A DNA stretch of 64,000 nt, taken from NCBI GenBank assembly GCA_013239625.1, contig MU056029.1, forward strand, positions 620,001 through 684,000, written 5' to 3'. The stretch is from Lama guanicoe (taxonomy: Eukaryota). The position numbers were made by a program, and so were the translations under genes. Shown here one piece after another: positions 39,032-52,180 of this stretch. Every line of letters starts with the position of its first letter. The stretch's first letter is position 1. The notes under the pieces are model-generated. The model searched no databases. It worked only from the letters and a program-made list of their open reading frames with translations, and had not been told where the DNA came from.

Positions 39032-39362
39032 TATAATTGCATGTTTTAACTTTAATTATTAATAATGCATTTGAAGGTTGTTTTCTTCCCTTCCATATAA
39101 GTAAATGCACCAAGGTTTCTATGAACACACAAATAATGCACGTTGAGACTGACCGTCCGGAATGCCAGTTAGAAGGTGGGCTCCTACAAAACTGGAAGAG
39201 CCCCCTAAGAGTTTGCCTTGTTTCCACCCTGTGTTCTTAGACTCAGGTAGATCTTCTCAGCAGATCTACTCGGGGCTGCAGGCTTTGCAGAAGTATGACT
39301 GCCTGGAGAATGAAGGGGACCAGGGCCCCGGGGGCTGCCCTCCCTCGCTACCCCGACAACAG

Positions 39363-39868
39363 TGTTACTGAACTTAACTCATACTGCTCTCCCCACAACA
39401 GGCCAATAAATTGAGACATGAGATGTTGGGGCAAGGAATAACAACTTTATTCAGAAAGCCAGCAGATTGGGAAGATGGAGGACTATTGTCCTACAGAACC
39501 ATCTTTCCCAAGTCAGAATTCAGGCTCCTTTCATACTAATAAGGGGAGGGGGTGTGGTTGGTTGTCGCAAACTTCTTGGTGTTGGAATCCTTTGTTTTTA
39601 CAGCTGTCCATGTGGGTCAGGTCATGTAACAAGACAAATGTTACTCTCTTTTCTGCAACTTTTTATCTCTGTATGAATGGAAAAGTGTTATACTCTTAAA
39701 GGGCAGAGCCTTGAAAATGGGCTCTCCTGTGTATTTCATTCAGGCTTTAGGCAACATTCTTTCACAAAAGGTACAGAAATGGCAAGATTCAGCACAGGAA
39801 ATAGAGCAGGGGGCTATAGCAAAAGGAACAGATCTAATATGGGGTCAGATTTGTTCTTCCCTATTACA
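39363..39868 (-). mobile_element. Solo LTR, family A, copy 5
   Basis: TGTTACTGA...CTATTACA; near-TSD ACAG/GCAG. Confidence 0.94.
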
Positions 39869-40655
39869 GCAGGGCAGAGGGGGGCAGGATTTCCTCAGTC
39901 TGTTTATGGGCTGTATGCTTGCCCAGGCTTCCGGGGCACCTGGGACCCCGCTTCTGCATTGTTAAGAGGACTGTCTGAATATCTACTCTACCAGACTCCA
40001 TGATCATTAAACAAAAACCATGCCTGTAAAACAGAAGAGGGCTTGTAATGCTGTTAACAAGCCCTGGTGGCCTGATAGGGTCCAACAGCTGCTAGGAACA
40101 GCTGCATCGAATGTAAATGAAAAACAGCCAGAACCCACAAAGGGTTGGAACCTCTGGGGCTGCTGCCTTAAATTCAGATTACCAGACCATCCTGCACAGA
40201 ACATACACCACAAATTGTTTTATAGACAAGCCTCTATAAAGTGTTAGGGAGAAAATCCAATGGTGTGATAGGGGGTTTTCATAATGGCACCTCTCTGTTT
40301 TAAGAAGACCAGAAATACCTCATGATAAAAAAGATGCTATAAATTTTCACAGCATTCAGGGAATCAAGGAAATGATGACCCTTGCCATCTGCCTCTCAGC
40401 TCCCTGGAACATTGTGCTGTTAGATGAGATCAAACAAGGGGCAACCTCAAAAGCGTGGAGACAGAACACAAGCAGAAGCACCGCGTGCCCCATTCACTCC
40501 GGGAACCCCATGCCCGTGGTGCCTTCACCGGTGACTGACCTAGCAAAGGGGCATCCCTGTGCCTCTCAGAGCATCAGCTGCTGCAGCCTGAGATTTCAGG
40601 GAAATGTGCGACAGAGTTTGCAGCAGACCTTATAATAGAACAAATCATTTCCTCA

Positions 40656-41750
40656 TAACACCAAAATCCAATGCACAGGAAGTGATCCCAGCCTCCCTTG
40701 GGCACATAGAGGGAAGGTGACCTCTCAGTTCTGGCTGGCAAGAACAGACCTCGTAACAGAGCCAGCACAGGGTAGGTCCTGGGACACCACTCACAGCTGG
40801 AGAAGGGGAGGCTGCCAGTGAGTGGGGATGGCAGTGGCACACCATGTCTGCCCCTTTTTCTTGGCAGGAGGAGATGCGGCGCTTTCTGAAAAGTGGCTGA
40901 ATCTTGGGCTAAGTGGAAGAGAGCAGCAGGGTCGGTTCTCACTCCTGCTGTCTGTGGAGTGCCAGTGTTACCGAGTCCAGACTTGTTCTGCTCATCACAG
41001 TACAGGCCTTGAAGTGTTGAGCAAGGAATAATGACTTTATTCAGAAAGCTGGGAGACTGAGTAGATGGCAGATTAATGTCTTGGAGAACCATCTTCCCCA
41101 AGTCAGAATTCAGGCTCCTTTTTTTACTAAAAAGGGGTGGGGGGTGTTTGATTGTTGCAAACTTCTTGGTGTAGGAATTCTTTGTTATTGGAATCCTTTG
41201 TTCTGGCAGCTGTCCACATGGGTCAGGTCATGGTGCCCCTATAAAACCTCTAACACAACAAATGTTATTTTCCATTCTACAACTTGTTATCTTTATATCA
41301 GTGCAAAAGTGTCCTTAAAGGTCAGAGCCTTGAGAACAGGCTCTCCTGTATATTTCAGGCTAAAGGCAACATTCTTGTACAAAAAGAGCAGAGCTGGCAA
41401 AACTGAGCCAAGAAAACAGGGCACAGGATTAAAACCAAAGGAACGGATCTAATATGGAGTCAGATTTGTTCTTTTCTTTTGCACCGGCACTTCCTGGCAG
41501 CGCTCCCAGCTGGTATCATCTGGGCTGGAGAGGGACACAGGACATTAACTTGGCACCACTCAGGGCTGGGTCTCAGGCTGCCTCTTGTGGTAGTGAGGTG
41601 GGCTCCTTGAGCAAACTCCTAACCTCCCTCTGATCAGTGCCCTCCTCTGCTGAACAAGGAGAGTAACACCAAAACCCAGTGCACAGGAAGTGATCCCAGA
41701 CTCCCTTGGGGAGATAGGGGGAAGGTTACTCTCTGTTCTGGCCGGCCAGA
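40656..41750 (+). repeat. Direct duplication of about 88 bp (40656-40743 and 41664-41750)
   Basis: About 87% identical by hand alignment; both contain GCACAGGAAGTGATCCCAG. Confidence 0.9.
40966..41483 (-). mobile_element. Solo LTR, family A, copy 6
   Basis: TGTTACCGAGTCC...TTTTGCA; near-TSD CCAG/CCGG. Confidence 0.94.
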
Positions 41751-42489
41751 CATCAGAGAGGCTCATTCTCAGTTTGACAGCTTCCTTAATCCTCTGACAT
41801 TTTGGATTATTTTCTTGGTTATTCCTTTAAAAAACAAACAACAAAACAACACAACAAGGGTCCCTTTTATCCCCACCTGCACACAGACATCCTGGAGCAC
41901 TGGATGCTCACCAAGTGCCCAATAGTTGTCTCGTGCATATCTGTGCCTTCCAGTGACCCACTGGGATCTCACCCAGTGGAATCCACTGAAATTGTCTTTT
42001 GACAAAGTAAAAACTTTGGCTCCTAGTCCACTGACTTACATTTACTTCTGGCTCTAAAATGTGAAATGCGTGTGAAAAAAAACAGTTGATGAATGGCTAC
42101 CTGTGTTTCTATTGATTGAACTATGATGATTCATAAAACCATCATCTTAGTGATTCTAGGCAACTGAATGTCAACTTAAAGATATTTTCTCCACCACCAG
42201 GGGTGGTCTCTTTATTCAGTTAAGCAAGCATTTTTGTTTGTTTGTTTGTTTGTTTGTTTTCAGCCACACAGACTTTTATTTTCCTTAAAGGACATTGATT
42301 TCTTACTTTGGAAGGAAACATATTGTGCTTATGACCGTTCTTCAGTGTTTGGGTTCTCTTTTCCTGGTTAAGTTTATTTAGAAATGAAAAGTTGTGGTTA
42401 CTCTCACTTCAGCAAGTTCAGGCTCATATAGAAACACTTGGATATTGTCATCTCCTCGGGGCTCCTTTCTCAAACTTAAACATAACACA

Positions 42490-43120
42490 ATCAGTGAGTC
42501 AAGAGACACACTGAAGCAAGCATTTTTAGAATATTGACTCTACTTGAGACATTGTGCTCTGCATAGCAGGTAGAAAGGTGGATCAGGTAGGGTTCCTGCC
42601 CATGGAGCTCACACAGTAGTTGAGGGGTCAGGTGTGTAATTAAATGATGCAGGTGGACCTTGGTTAGATGAAAGCATGGAATGGTTAAGTAAACCACTGG
42701 GAGGGACTCCTGGCTCAGACAGTTAGGTCAAGAGAGCTTTCTGGTGAAGAATGGTAGGAGCTGGAGTCAGACTGGTTGAGGGGAAAAAAAGAGAAGTATG
42801 CCCCTTGTTTTGGGGTGTGTTGTGGCTGGGAAATTCTGCTTGAGGGGGGCATATATCCTGGGCACATGATGACGGGTGATGAGGCTGGAGTCATCCTAAG
42901 GAGATCAGATCTGTCTAGTAGATCTGGGAGGCACTAGTGGAGTTTAAGCAGGCGTGCCATGATTGTAATTATGCTTTAGAAAACTTCCTCTGGGTGTTAA
43001 CATGGGCAGCAGGTTTGAGGGATGTATTGGAGTGTTGGAGTTTCAGAGACAAGTTTTTAAGTCTATTGCAACAATCCAGGGAACAGTTCATGAGGCCCTG
43101 AACTGGGATAATGTTTCAGA
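42490..43120 (-). mobile_element. LINE-2 fragment
   Basis: CCTGCCCATGGAGCTCACA and CTATTGCAACAATCCAGG resemble L2 motifs. Confidence 0.6.
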
Positions 43121-44391
43121 GACCCAGAGCATGGAACATGGAGGCCATATCTGTTATCTGGCCTGTGCACACTTCAATAAGCACTGTATTCAGACAAATG
43201 CAGAACAGAAAATACATAGCAGGCTTTTTTTTTCTTCCTTTAAAAAGTTACAAACAGCTGAAATAGGGGAGGAGAAAAAAGTATGACATTATAATACCCA
43301 TTGTGGAGAACCCAGCTTCACAACATGGAGGAGGGACTATGTTACGCTGACAAAATGACAGAAAGAACACAGCTTTAGGTGATGAAATTACACTTATTAA
43401 ACAGAGACACTATTTTAGGCACCACATTCCCTTTGATGGGGAGCCAGAAGCAGATGGTACAATGCAATTTACTGGACTCAAGTTCTTCAAAAGTGGGTCT
43501 TAAGTTGGAACTTGGAATCCTCCAATTTGCCAAATGCTGACAACACATCTTGCCTGTTCCTCTGCATATTAATTTGCATCCACCTCAGTAGTTTCAGTTT
43601 TTAATTATAGAAGAGATACAAACATATGGTAGAAATGTGAAAGAGACACATTAGAGAAAAGTATAAATTAGAAAGTAAATGTTTCCTTTTTCATCCCATT
43701 TTTTTCGCTGTAGCTACAGTTAACAGTCTCTTGTGGATTCCTTTCAATTTTAATGGATGTAAAACATTCATACATATACACATGTTAAGTGGATACATCT
43801 TTGTTTAGATGTATGGAAATAAACTCATTCTCAGAAGTAGAATGATTGTATCTAAGACTGGGGCCATTAACTTTTTAGTAGCTTTCACAAAGTAACTCTC
43901 CCAAAATACACAAATTCCACTCCTATTTACAAGCTATGTATGTGTGTATGTATGTATGTATGTATGGCCATTTTATTACATATGTAGTGGGGGTCTTTCA
44001 TTGGGATTTGATTTGCATCCCTTAATGTGATGTTATACATCTTTTTATGTACTGACTTTCCATCCATGTACCTTGTTTGGTGAAGAGGCTGTTCAAGTCC
44101 TTTGCTCATTTGTTATTGGACTGTTCATTTTCTTATTGGGTTCTGGCAGTTCTTTATATATTCTGGATACAACTCCTTCGTCATACGTGTTTTGCAAATA
44201 CTATCTCCTAGTCTGTGGCTTGTATTTTTATTCTTTTAACCGTGTGTGTTGTGGAACAGAAATTTAAAAATTTTGATGACCTCTAATTTATCCATTTATT
44301 TTGAAATGGATTACACTTTTGCCATTAAAGCTGCGAAATCTTTGCTTGACTCAAAATTGTAACAGTTTTTTCTATGCTTTATTCTCGAAGC

Positions 44392-44975
44392 TGTAGGAGT
44401 CACATAATGGCTTCCCTGATGCTAAGACAGCTTACAGAGTTCACTGTGATTGATTAACTTGTTTTCTCAGAGTTCTTTCTAACTGTCTAACTGACTTTAC
44501 TCCTTGCTACTGCTACTGTTTAACTTGCTTGAATGATTTCATGCTTAGCAACCCCAACCCTATGATTTATGCTCTATCTTAAGTAACTTGTATCCAAATC
44601 TGAGACACTGTCTTCCAGAAAGAAGGTCATGGAATGGTAACACTGAAGGAATAGCCAGATCCTCCAAGAGCCCCTCATGACATCAGAGGGATCAGACCAG
44701 ATAATGCCAAAGTCTTGGGCAGGACCAACTTAATGGACCACTAGAAGTTTCCGTGATGCAAGACAAAGTTATCACCGATATGCTCCATCCCATCCCGTTT
44801 GCCTATATAATCACCAAGCACCAACCCCAAGATGGATTCACAGTTTCCAATGCATGAGCCCGCTGTGACTCCCCTTTGCCTGGCAAAGCAATAAAGTGTC
44901 TCTTCTTTGCTCCCAAAGCTCTGCCTCTGAGTTTGAATTCGCTTTTAAGGGTGCAGAGGCTGCTTTTCAGCAACA
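44392..44975 (+). mobile_element. Solo ERV1-like LTR nested in L1
   Basis: TGTAGGAG...CAGCAACA; TATATAA near 44804, AATAAA near 44890; near-TSD AAGC/AAGA. Confidence 0.88.
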
Positions 44976-47019
44976 AAGATTCCTATGTTTAGGTTTTACC
45001 TTTAGGTCGATGGTCTATAATATTAGCATAAAGTGTGAAGGGCTAAGATACAGGCAAAGCTTGTTTGTGGTGGTGGAGGGTTGTTTTGTTTTTAATATAG
45101 ACATCCCCTTGTTCCAGGACCATTTTTTGAGAAGTCTAACTTCTTTCCCTTTATCAAAACTTATTAACCATATATTTGTGTGGGACTATTTCTTGACTCA
45201 TTATATTTCTTTAATCTTTGTGTCCATCATTTCATCAATACCACACAGTCTTGATCAATATAGCTTTTCAGCTTTTTTTTTTTAATGAGCTAATGAGAGT
45301 CTTCCAAATATATTCTTTGTTTTCAGAATGGTTTTGGCTATTCCAGGTCCTTTTACATTCCATATAAATTTAGTACTGGTATTTTATAATATTGGATATT
45401 GGTGCAGATTGCATTAAATATATGGATTTATTTTTAGAAACATCTTCCAATACATGAATCTGCTATATTCCCATTTATTTGTCTTCTTTGGTTTTTACTT
45501 AGCTATTTAATTAGCCGTTAATTAATCAGTGTTTTGTAGTTTTCAGCACATAGATACTGTGCATCATTTATTAGATAACTATTTCATGTTTGGAGGTGCT
45601 ATTATAAGTGGTCCTTTTAAAATTTCAAATTCCAATTAATTAATTGCTAGGTGATAGAAGTAAAATTGAGTTTTGTATATAAACGTGTGTCCTGTGACTG
45701 TGCCAAACTCACTTACTAGTTCTAGTATAATTTTTTCTTTTTTGGTTCAGATTCCTTGGCATTTTCTATGTAGACAATTATGTTCTCTGTGGAAAGTGAC
45801 ACTGTTATTTCTTCCTTACTGATTTCTATTCCTCTTATTCCTTTTTCTCGCCACCTCACATTGATTAGAACGTTCAGCAAGTGGTACGAGTGGGCCTTCA
45901 GCCTTGTTTCTGATCTTAGGGAGAAAGCATGCACTTCTGTTAGGTGTGTTGTCACCTGTAGGTTTTATGGATGCCCTTCATCAAGTTGAGCAAGTCTCTT
46001 CTATTCCTAGTTTGCTGAGCTTTTTTATCATGTGTAGACATTGGAATTTTTGAATGATTTTTTTTTTACTCTATTAGGATGATCATGTCTTTTTCTTCTT
46101 TATTCAGTCCATTTGGTGAATTACATACTGAGTGTTGAACCAACCTCACATTCCTGCTATAAATCTTACATGGTCAAGACTTACTCTTTTTTATATTTAA
46201 AGTGGGTTTCTTATAAACAGTAAAGAGTTGGGTATTATTTTTAAAAATCTAAATAGTCTTTTAATTGTCTCTTTGAATAAATGCCTTTGGATCATTTACA
46301 TTTAATGTAATTATTGACATTCTTAAATTTTAGCCTTTCATTCTTTAATTTGTTTTCTTTTTGGCCTCTCTGGTTTTTGTTCCACCATGCCAATTTTACT
46401 GTCTGTCTATACATTATTTTAATATTTTTTGGTATATCGTTTAAATTTTTTAATATTATTTTTAGTTTTATTTTTTCATGGTTGCACTAGCGATGATAAT
46501 ATGCATACATAACCTCTCACACTTTCTTTAGAGTGCGTATTTTCACATCAAGTCGAAGTAGAAGCCTCACAACCATTCGTTGTCATTTTGCTCCCTCTGC
46601 CATGCTGTAGTTTTCCTCTCTAGCACAGCAACACACACAGAAAACACCACCATACGATGTTCTGAGTTTTACATTCAGTAGTCTTATATTTAAAAGAATT
46701 TAAAAAGTGAAAAGCAGTCATTCATATTTATCCAAATAGTTAGCATTTCTGAAGCTCCTCTTTCATTCCTTAAATAACGGATTCCCTCTAGTATGATCTT
46801 CTTTTATACTGAAGTACGTTCTTTAAATTGTTCTTTACAGAAATTCTACTGGTGACAAATTCTCTTACTTTCTACAACTGAGGATGTGTTTACTTTTCCT
46901 TTAGTCCTGCGGATACTCTTGCCGGATATAGATTCTGGCTGAAGAGTCCGTCTCTTCAGCTCTTTACAGATCACGTTCCACCATTTTCCGCCCTGTGTGC
47001 TTCCTTCCCCTCACCCCCC

Positions 47020-47541
47020 AGCTTCATGGAGACATAGTTGAGACATAATATTGTGTAAGTTTAAAGTGTACACCATGACGATTAGATATACCTACACACT
47101 GCCAAATCATTACCATAATAAGGTTAGTTAACACATCCCTCACCTCACAGAGTTACCATTTTTGTGTGTGTATGTGCTGGAAATTTTAAGATCTACTTTC
47201 TTAGCAACTTTCAAGTATTCAGTACAACATTTTTACTAAGTCACCATGTTGTACATTAGATGTCCAAACTTGTTCATTTTATAACTGAAAGTTTGTGCCC
47301 TTTGACCAAAATCTCCCTGCTTTCCCTACATGTCTGCCTCTGGCAACCACCAATCTATTCCCTACTCTCTATTTTTTTAAATTTCTCTCTCCCTCTCTCT
47401 CTCTCTCTCTTTAGACTATATATTAGTGAGGTCATACAGTGTTTGTTTTTCACAGTGTTACTCACTCACCATAATGCCCTCAGTTGCCCACCCATATTGT
47501 CACAAATGTCCCTCATTTTTATGGATGTATAATATTCTGTT

Positions 47542-47584
<43 letters not shown>

Positions 47585-47660
47585 TTTTCTTCTTCTTCTT
47601 TATATGTTCATCCAGCAACAGACACTGCTATGTTTCTATGTCTTGGCTGCAGTGAATAAG
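47020..47660 (-). mobile_element. L1MA-type 3' end nested in older L1, containing (CA)n at 47545-47579
   Basis: TTGTGTAAGTTTAAAGTGTACA...CATTTTATAACTGAAAGTTTGTGCCCTTTGACC. Confidence 0.8.
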
Positions 47661-49344
47661 GGCTTCAAGTTTTCTGGTGAGAAACCTGTGATGATTTGTA
47701 TCTTTGTTTCCCTAGGTGTCCTCTTTTTTCTCTAGTTGTTTATAAGAATTTTCATTTATCTTTGCTTTTGAGAAGTTTAATTATTATCCATAGGAATATG
47801 ATTTTCTTCAAGTTTATCTCGTTTGAGGTTCACAGAGCTTCTTGAATCAGTAAATTTATTAATTTCACCAGTTTGGGCAAGTTTTTGAACATTATGAATA
47901 CAATTTTTTTTCTTTCACCAATTTCTTTCTTTCTTTTGCTGGGACTTCAGTGATGCAAATGCTAGACACATGGATCATTAATATTTTCCCACATAAATAG
48001 AGCCTCTCCAAAGTTCTATTTATTTTTTCAATTTTTTTTCCCTCTGTCTTTCAGATTGATAATTTACATTGACCTATCTACAAGTTCACTGGCCCTTTCC
48101 TCAGTCATTTCTGTTCTGCTCTTGAGCCCATCAATCGTATTTTTAAATTCTTAAAGTATCATTTACTTCTCTTTTAGTTTTTATTTCTCTGTTATAAATT
48201 CCTTTCATTCCAACTGCATCTTTACCTCATTGACAGAGTTACATTAGCTGCTTTAAAGGCTTTGAATATTATATTGTATAGACTCTCAGTCCTGCTCAAA
48301 TCACCTGGGAAATGTTAATATATTCATTTTAGCAGCCAATCAACCAAGATAGCATCAGACTCCGGGTTCTGTCCTGTTTTCTGTGAGTACTGGTTCCACT
48401 CTTATATTAGTTTCAAGCCTTTTGTTCCAACACGATGGGTCTGTTCTGCATTATGTGTCACTAAGGGATTCATTTAAGACTTAGTGATGATTTGAATCTT
48501 ACTTTGGTCTCCAAGCCCCTGCTATGCTGATTTGGATCTGTCCTCCACATCCATAGCCCAAGGATGAGCTCAAGTGTGTGTGGACTCATACAGAGAACAA
48601 AGGATCCCCTTTTTCTGCTGTCTCCTCAGTAGGACTTCCCCTCTGTTCTGAGGGGTGCCTTTCCCAGTGCCCTTTCCCTTGCCCTTGCTACAGCTACAGT
48701 TCATACTGGGCTGCTCTTGGGACAAAGCTACAGAAGAAAAAATGAACTAAACACACACGCAGGATCTACATCTGCCATCTTCACACTACAAGGATGCTTT
48801 TCATAATTTCTCTGGATAAAAAATAGAGTTGTCATCAAAGAATCAGCTTCCTTAGCAGACATGTGACTCCACAGTGGGTGCCCACCCTCACTTCAAAGCT
48901 GTGAGAAGAAAACCTTATGGGATCCTCATCCCCTTGCAAATTGCTACTCCAGTTCAGGTCCTCTCCACAGTCTACCTTCTTTTGTTTATGTAATTGACAG
49001 AGGCCTCAGGTCATCACTTACTGTATTCTGTCTGGAGATTTTAGTTGTATTCATACGGGGAGGGTGGCTCACTCCTTTTCTGTAGGAACTAGAAGCTCTC
49101 TCACTGTAATTTGATTTCATTTTTTAAATTATAATGGGAGTTCTCTGTGATTCTTGTTAGTCAAATCCTTGTTCATATGTTTTTTTCCATTTGCTTTTTT
49201 TTTTTGATGTTTGAAATCAAATATCTTCATTATGAAACAGTAAAATAAAGTTTTTTTTGCCCCCAGCTGCTCCAAGAATTTGCATGGAAAAGTACATGAC
49301 AGTTTGTATAATTTTTCTCTAGCAAGTTTCTTTATTTAAAAAAA

Positions 49345-49660
49345 AAACATTTTAATAGACTTTGGTTTTTAGAGCAGTTTTAGGTTCATAGCAAAATTGA
49401 GTGAAAAGTACAGAGCGTCCCCATGCCTCCCCCACTATCCACATCCTGCATGAGTGGTGCATTTGTTACAACTGATATTGAAGCATCCTTATTCTCCAAA
49501 GGCCATGGTTTATATTAAGGTTCACTCTTGGTGTTGGACATCTGTAAGTTTGGACAAATGTATGATGGTGGGTACCACCATTATAATATTAAACAAACTA
49601 GTTTCATTGCCCCCAGATCCTCTGTGCTCGGCCTGTTCTCCTCTCCCTCTCTGCCTCCAT
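49345..49660 (-). mobile_element. L1MC-type 3' UTR fragment
   Basis: TTTTAGAGCAGTTTTAGGTTCATAGCAAAATTGAG; related to 51465-51715 in the opposite orientation. Confidence 0.8.
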
Positions 49661-49689
49661 TAATTTTTTTCCTGGATTTTCAATCTTTT

Positions 49690-49837
49690 AAAAAATTATT
49701 TATTTTTAAAAACTTGTTTATGGGGGGGTAATTAAGTTTACTTATTTATTATTTTTTTAATGGAGGGGCTGGGGATTGAACCTAGGACTTTGTGTTTGGT
49801 AGGCGTGTACTCTACCACTGAGCTATACCCACTCCCC
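49690..49837 (-). mobile_element. tRNA-Ala-derived SINE (Vic-1-like)
   Basis: GGGGATTGAACCTAGGAC...CTGAGCTATACCCACTCCCC. Confidence 0.88.
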
Positions 49838-50967
49838 ATTAACTTTCAAGGTTTCTCTTTGTATATAATTATTAATATTGTATATGCCTTCCTAATAAAT
49901 CTACTTAAAGTGTGTTTTTTCATTTATTGTTGTAGCTGATTTCTTTTTAACTCAGTAAGTATGTAATTGCATCGTCTGTAAATAATGATAATTATGCCAC
50001 ATGCTTTCCAATATTTTCCTGTCACTTCTCTTACGAAATTGCATTGACTAGAACACTCAGAAAAAGTAATAACAGTGGTGAATCTGCGGGTCCCTGCTGT
50101 ATTTCTTTCTCAAAATTGGGCAATTTTTGGAGAATTTAATCAAAGGAGTAAGTATGAAAGGTGTAAGCAGGGATTCGGTAAAGCTCAAGGGATGATGGAA
50201 AGCTGTGGGCTAGTAAAAGTAGGAGCCTTTGCCCCCCCCCCCCGCCACCATGCCTGAAGTGCCCTGTGAGGAGGGCACAGGAACAGCAACTGAGAGGGAG
50301 GACTCCAGGGGGAGGATCTATGGGGAAGATGGCCCTAAAAGCAAGATCAAGGTCCTTTTTCCTCTTCAGTTAAACATTACAGAAAAACAAACAGAATAAT
50401 GGAAGAACTCATGTACTCACCGCCCACAATGAACTGTTTTTAACATTTTGACATGATTTATTCAAATCCAACACAAATTCTATTAGTCGTATATGTGTAG
50501 CCCTCCTCTCTCTGCTTTTCCCTCCCAAGGTCTAATTCCCCCTTCCTCTTCAGGGAACATGTCTACTGTGCATTTTCGTGTATTTACAATTTTTACGTAG
50601 ATACACATATACAGATAAAGACATACACAATAGTGATTTTATAAAAATGGTTTCATACCATAAATTGTGTTCTGATACTTGCCTTTTAAACTCAGTTATA
50701 TTTTTGAGACCTATGTATGTTATGTACTTAAATCTAGTAACTTATTTTAACTGTCTGGATACGCCAGGATTTATTTTTCTGTATCTTTAATGGTAGATAG
50801 TGACATGTACTCTGTTTTTTCACTGTTACTTGTAAGAATTACTTGAGAAATGAATTTGGTGTAGTTTAGTCTATGTGACCTTATCACACATGATGCTAAG
50901 TTGCTCTTCAAAGTGGCTGTACCAACACTGTACAGTCTCAGTGGCAAGATATGAATATATTATGGCT

Positions 50968-51108
50968 GATTATTTTTACTGTTCTTTTTGGGGGGGAGTA
51001 AATAGGTTTATTTATTTCTTTATGTTTTTGGAGGAGGTACTGGGGATTAAACACAAGACCTCATGCATGCTAAGCATGCGCTCTACCGCTTGAGCTATAC
51101 CGTCCCCC
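50968..51108 (-). mobile_element. tRNA-Ala-derived SINE (Vic-1-like)
   Basis: GGAGGTACTGGGGATT...GAGCTATACCGTCCCCC. Confidence 0.88.
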
Positions 51109-51464
51109 TACAACTGATTTTTAAAACGTAATTTCAGTGTAACTTTGTGGTAAAGGGCATCATTGAGATCGTGTGTGATTCTTACAAATGGAACACAACC
51201 TGCAGAAAAGCAGTTTTTTAAAGCACTGCAGAAAAAGTTTTTTTAATACAAATTGTTCACCAGAATCTTTTAGAAGATCTCAGCTGAGAAAAAAAGCACA
51301 TATTTTAAAAATTGTTTCATCAGGAGCTATTGATCATGAGGATAGGGGTTTATATCCTAGGTTCACCTCCATCACCAACCACAGGGGGATGCTGGGTGAG
51401 TCACTTAACCTATGTTCTGTAAGCCCCAAATTCTTTACTTGCAATGTATTGGTTAAAAAAAAAT

Positions 51465-51715
51465 ACATTAAAACCCATAGAGCGTACAACACCAAGAGTG
51501 AACCCGAATGTAAATTATGGACTTTGGTTGATAATAAAGTGTCTCCATGTTGGTTCATTGATTGTATCAAATATGCCACACGGATGAGGGACGTTGAGGG
51601 TAGGGGAGTGTATATGTGTGGGTGGGGAGGGCTATGTGCAAACTCTCTGTATTTTCTGCTCAATTCTGCTGTGAACCTGAAACTGCTCTAAAAAAATTAA
51701 GTCTATTAATTTAAA
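51465..51715 (+). mobile_element. L1MC-type 3' UTR fragment
   Basis: AAAACCCATAGA..GTACAACACCAAGAGTGAACCC...AAACTGCTCTAAAAAAA. Confidence 0.82.
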
Positions 51716-51853
51716 AGATATGTTAAAAGTGAAATATGTTCCCTGATAACCTTGCATGTTGATTGTGATGCTGATTTTTTTAATTATGAGAGATTTCAAA
51801 CATACAGGAAAGTTGAAATAATTGTACCACAAGCATCAGTATATCTTCCAAGT

Positions 51854-52180
51854 CAGGTATTAGCTAACTTTTTTTGCAAAAGGCCAAATGTTAAATATTC
51901 CAGGCTTTGTGAGTCCCACAGCCTTTACCTCAACTACCCAGCTCTGCTCTTATGGGAAAGCAACTATTGACAATATATAAGTGAGGGAACATCGCTGTGT
52001 TCCAATGAAATTTATGGACATGGAAATTTGTATTTCATATAATTTTCACAAGCCAGAAAATACTATTCTTCTTTCTGTTTTTTTCAACTATTGAAAAAGG
52101 AAAAGTTCATTCTTAAATCATGGATGAAAATAAGCAGTTGACCAGAATGGGCTCATTGGCCAAAGCTGACTGAACCCCTA
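51854..52180. mobile_element. MER58B-like hAT/Charlie DNA transposon relic, nested in an old L1 3' UTR (about 51775-52960)
   Basis: CAGG...CCCCT ends; AAAGGCCAAATGTTAAATATT and CTGTGTTCCAATGAAATTTAT motifs. Confidence 0.75.

Larger units (their letters stand above)
43900..49100 (-). mobile_element. Mosaic of old LINE-1 (ORF2 to ORF1/5' region), with nested insertions
   Basis: Minus ORF 45722..45955 reads AFSLRSETR...GIRGIEISKEEI.VSL..ENIIVYIEN (RT region); continuous T-rich antisense L1 motifs. Confidence 0.85.

Noticed and set aside
40574..41101. 175-aa minus ORF and similar 'MENHLP/WCRNSL' peptides elsewhere
   Set aside because: The shared peptides are translations of non-coding family A LTR copies, not a gene family.
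21905..41483. Same-orientation family A LTR pairs as ends of a full provirus
   Set aside because: Each LTR has its own TSD, and I see no primer-binding site or matching gag/pol between them.
51188..51691. 167-aa ORF
   Set aside because: It runs through MIR and L1MC 3' UTR fragments, so it is a chance ORF.
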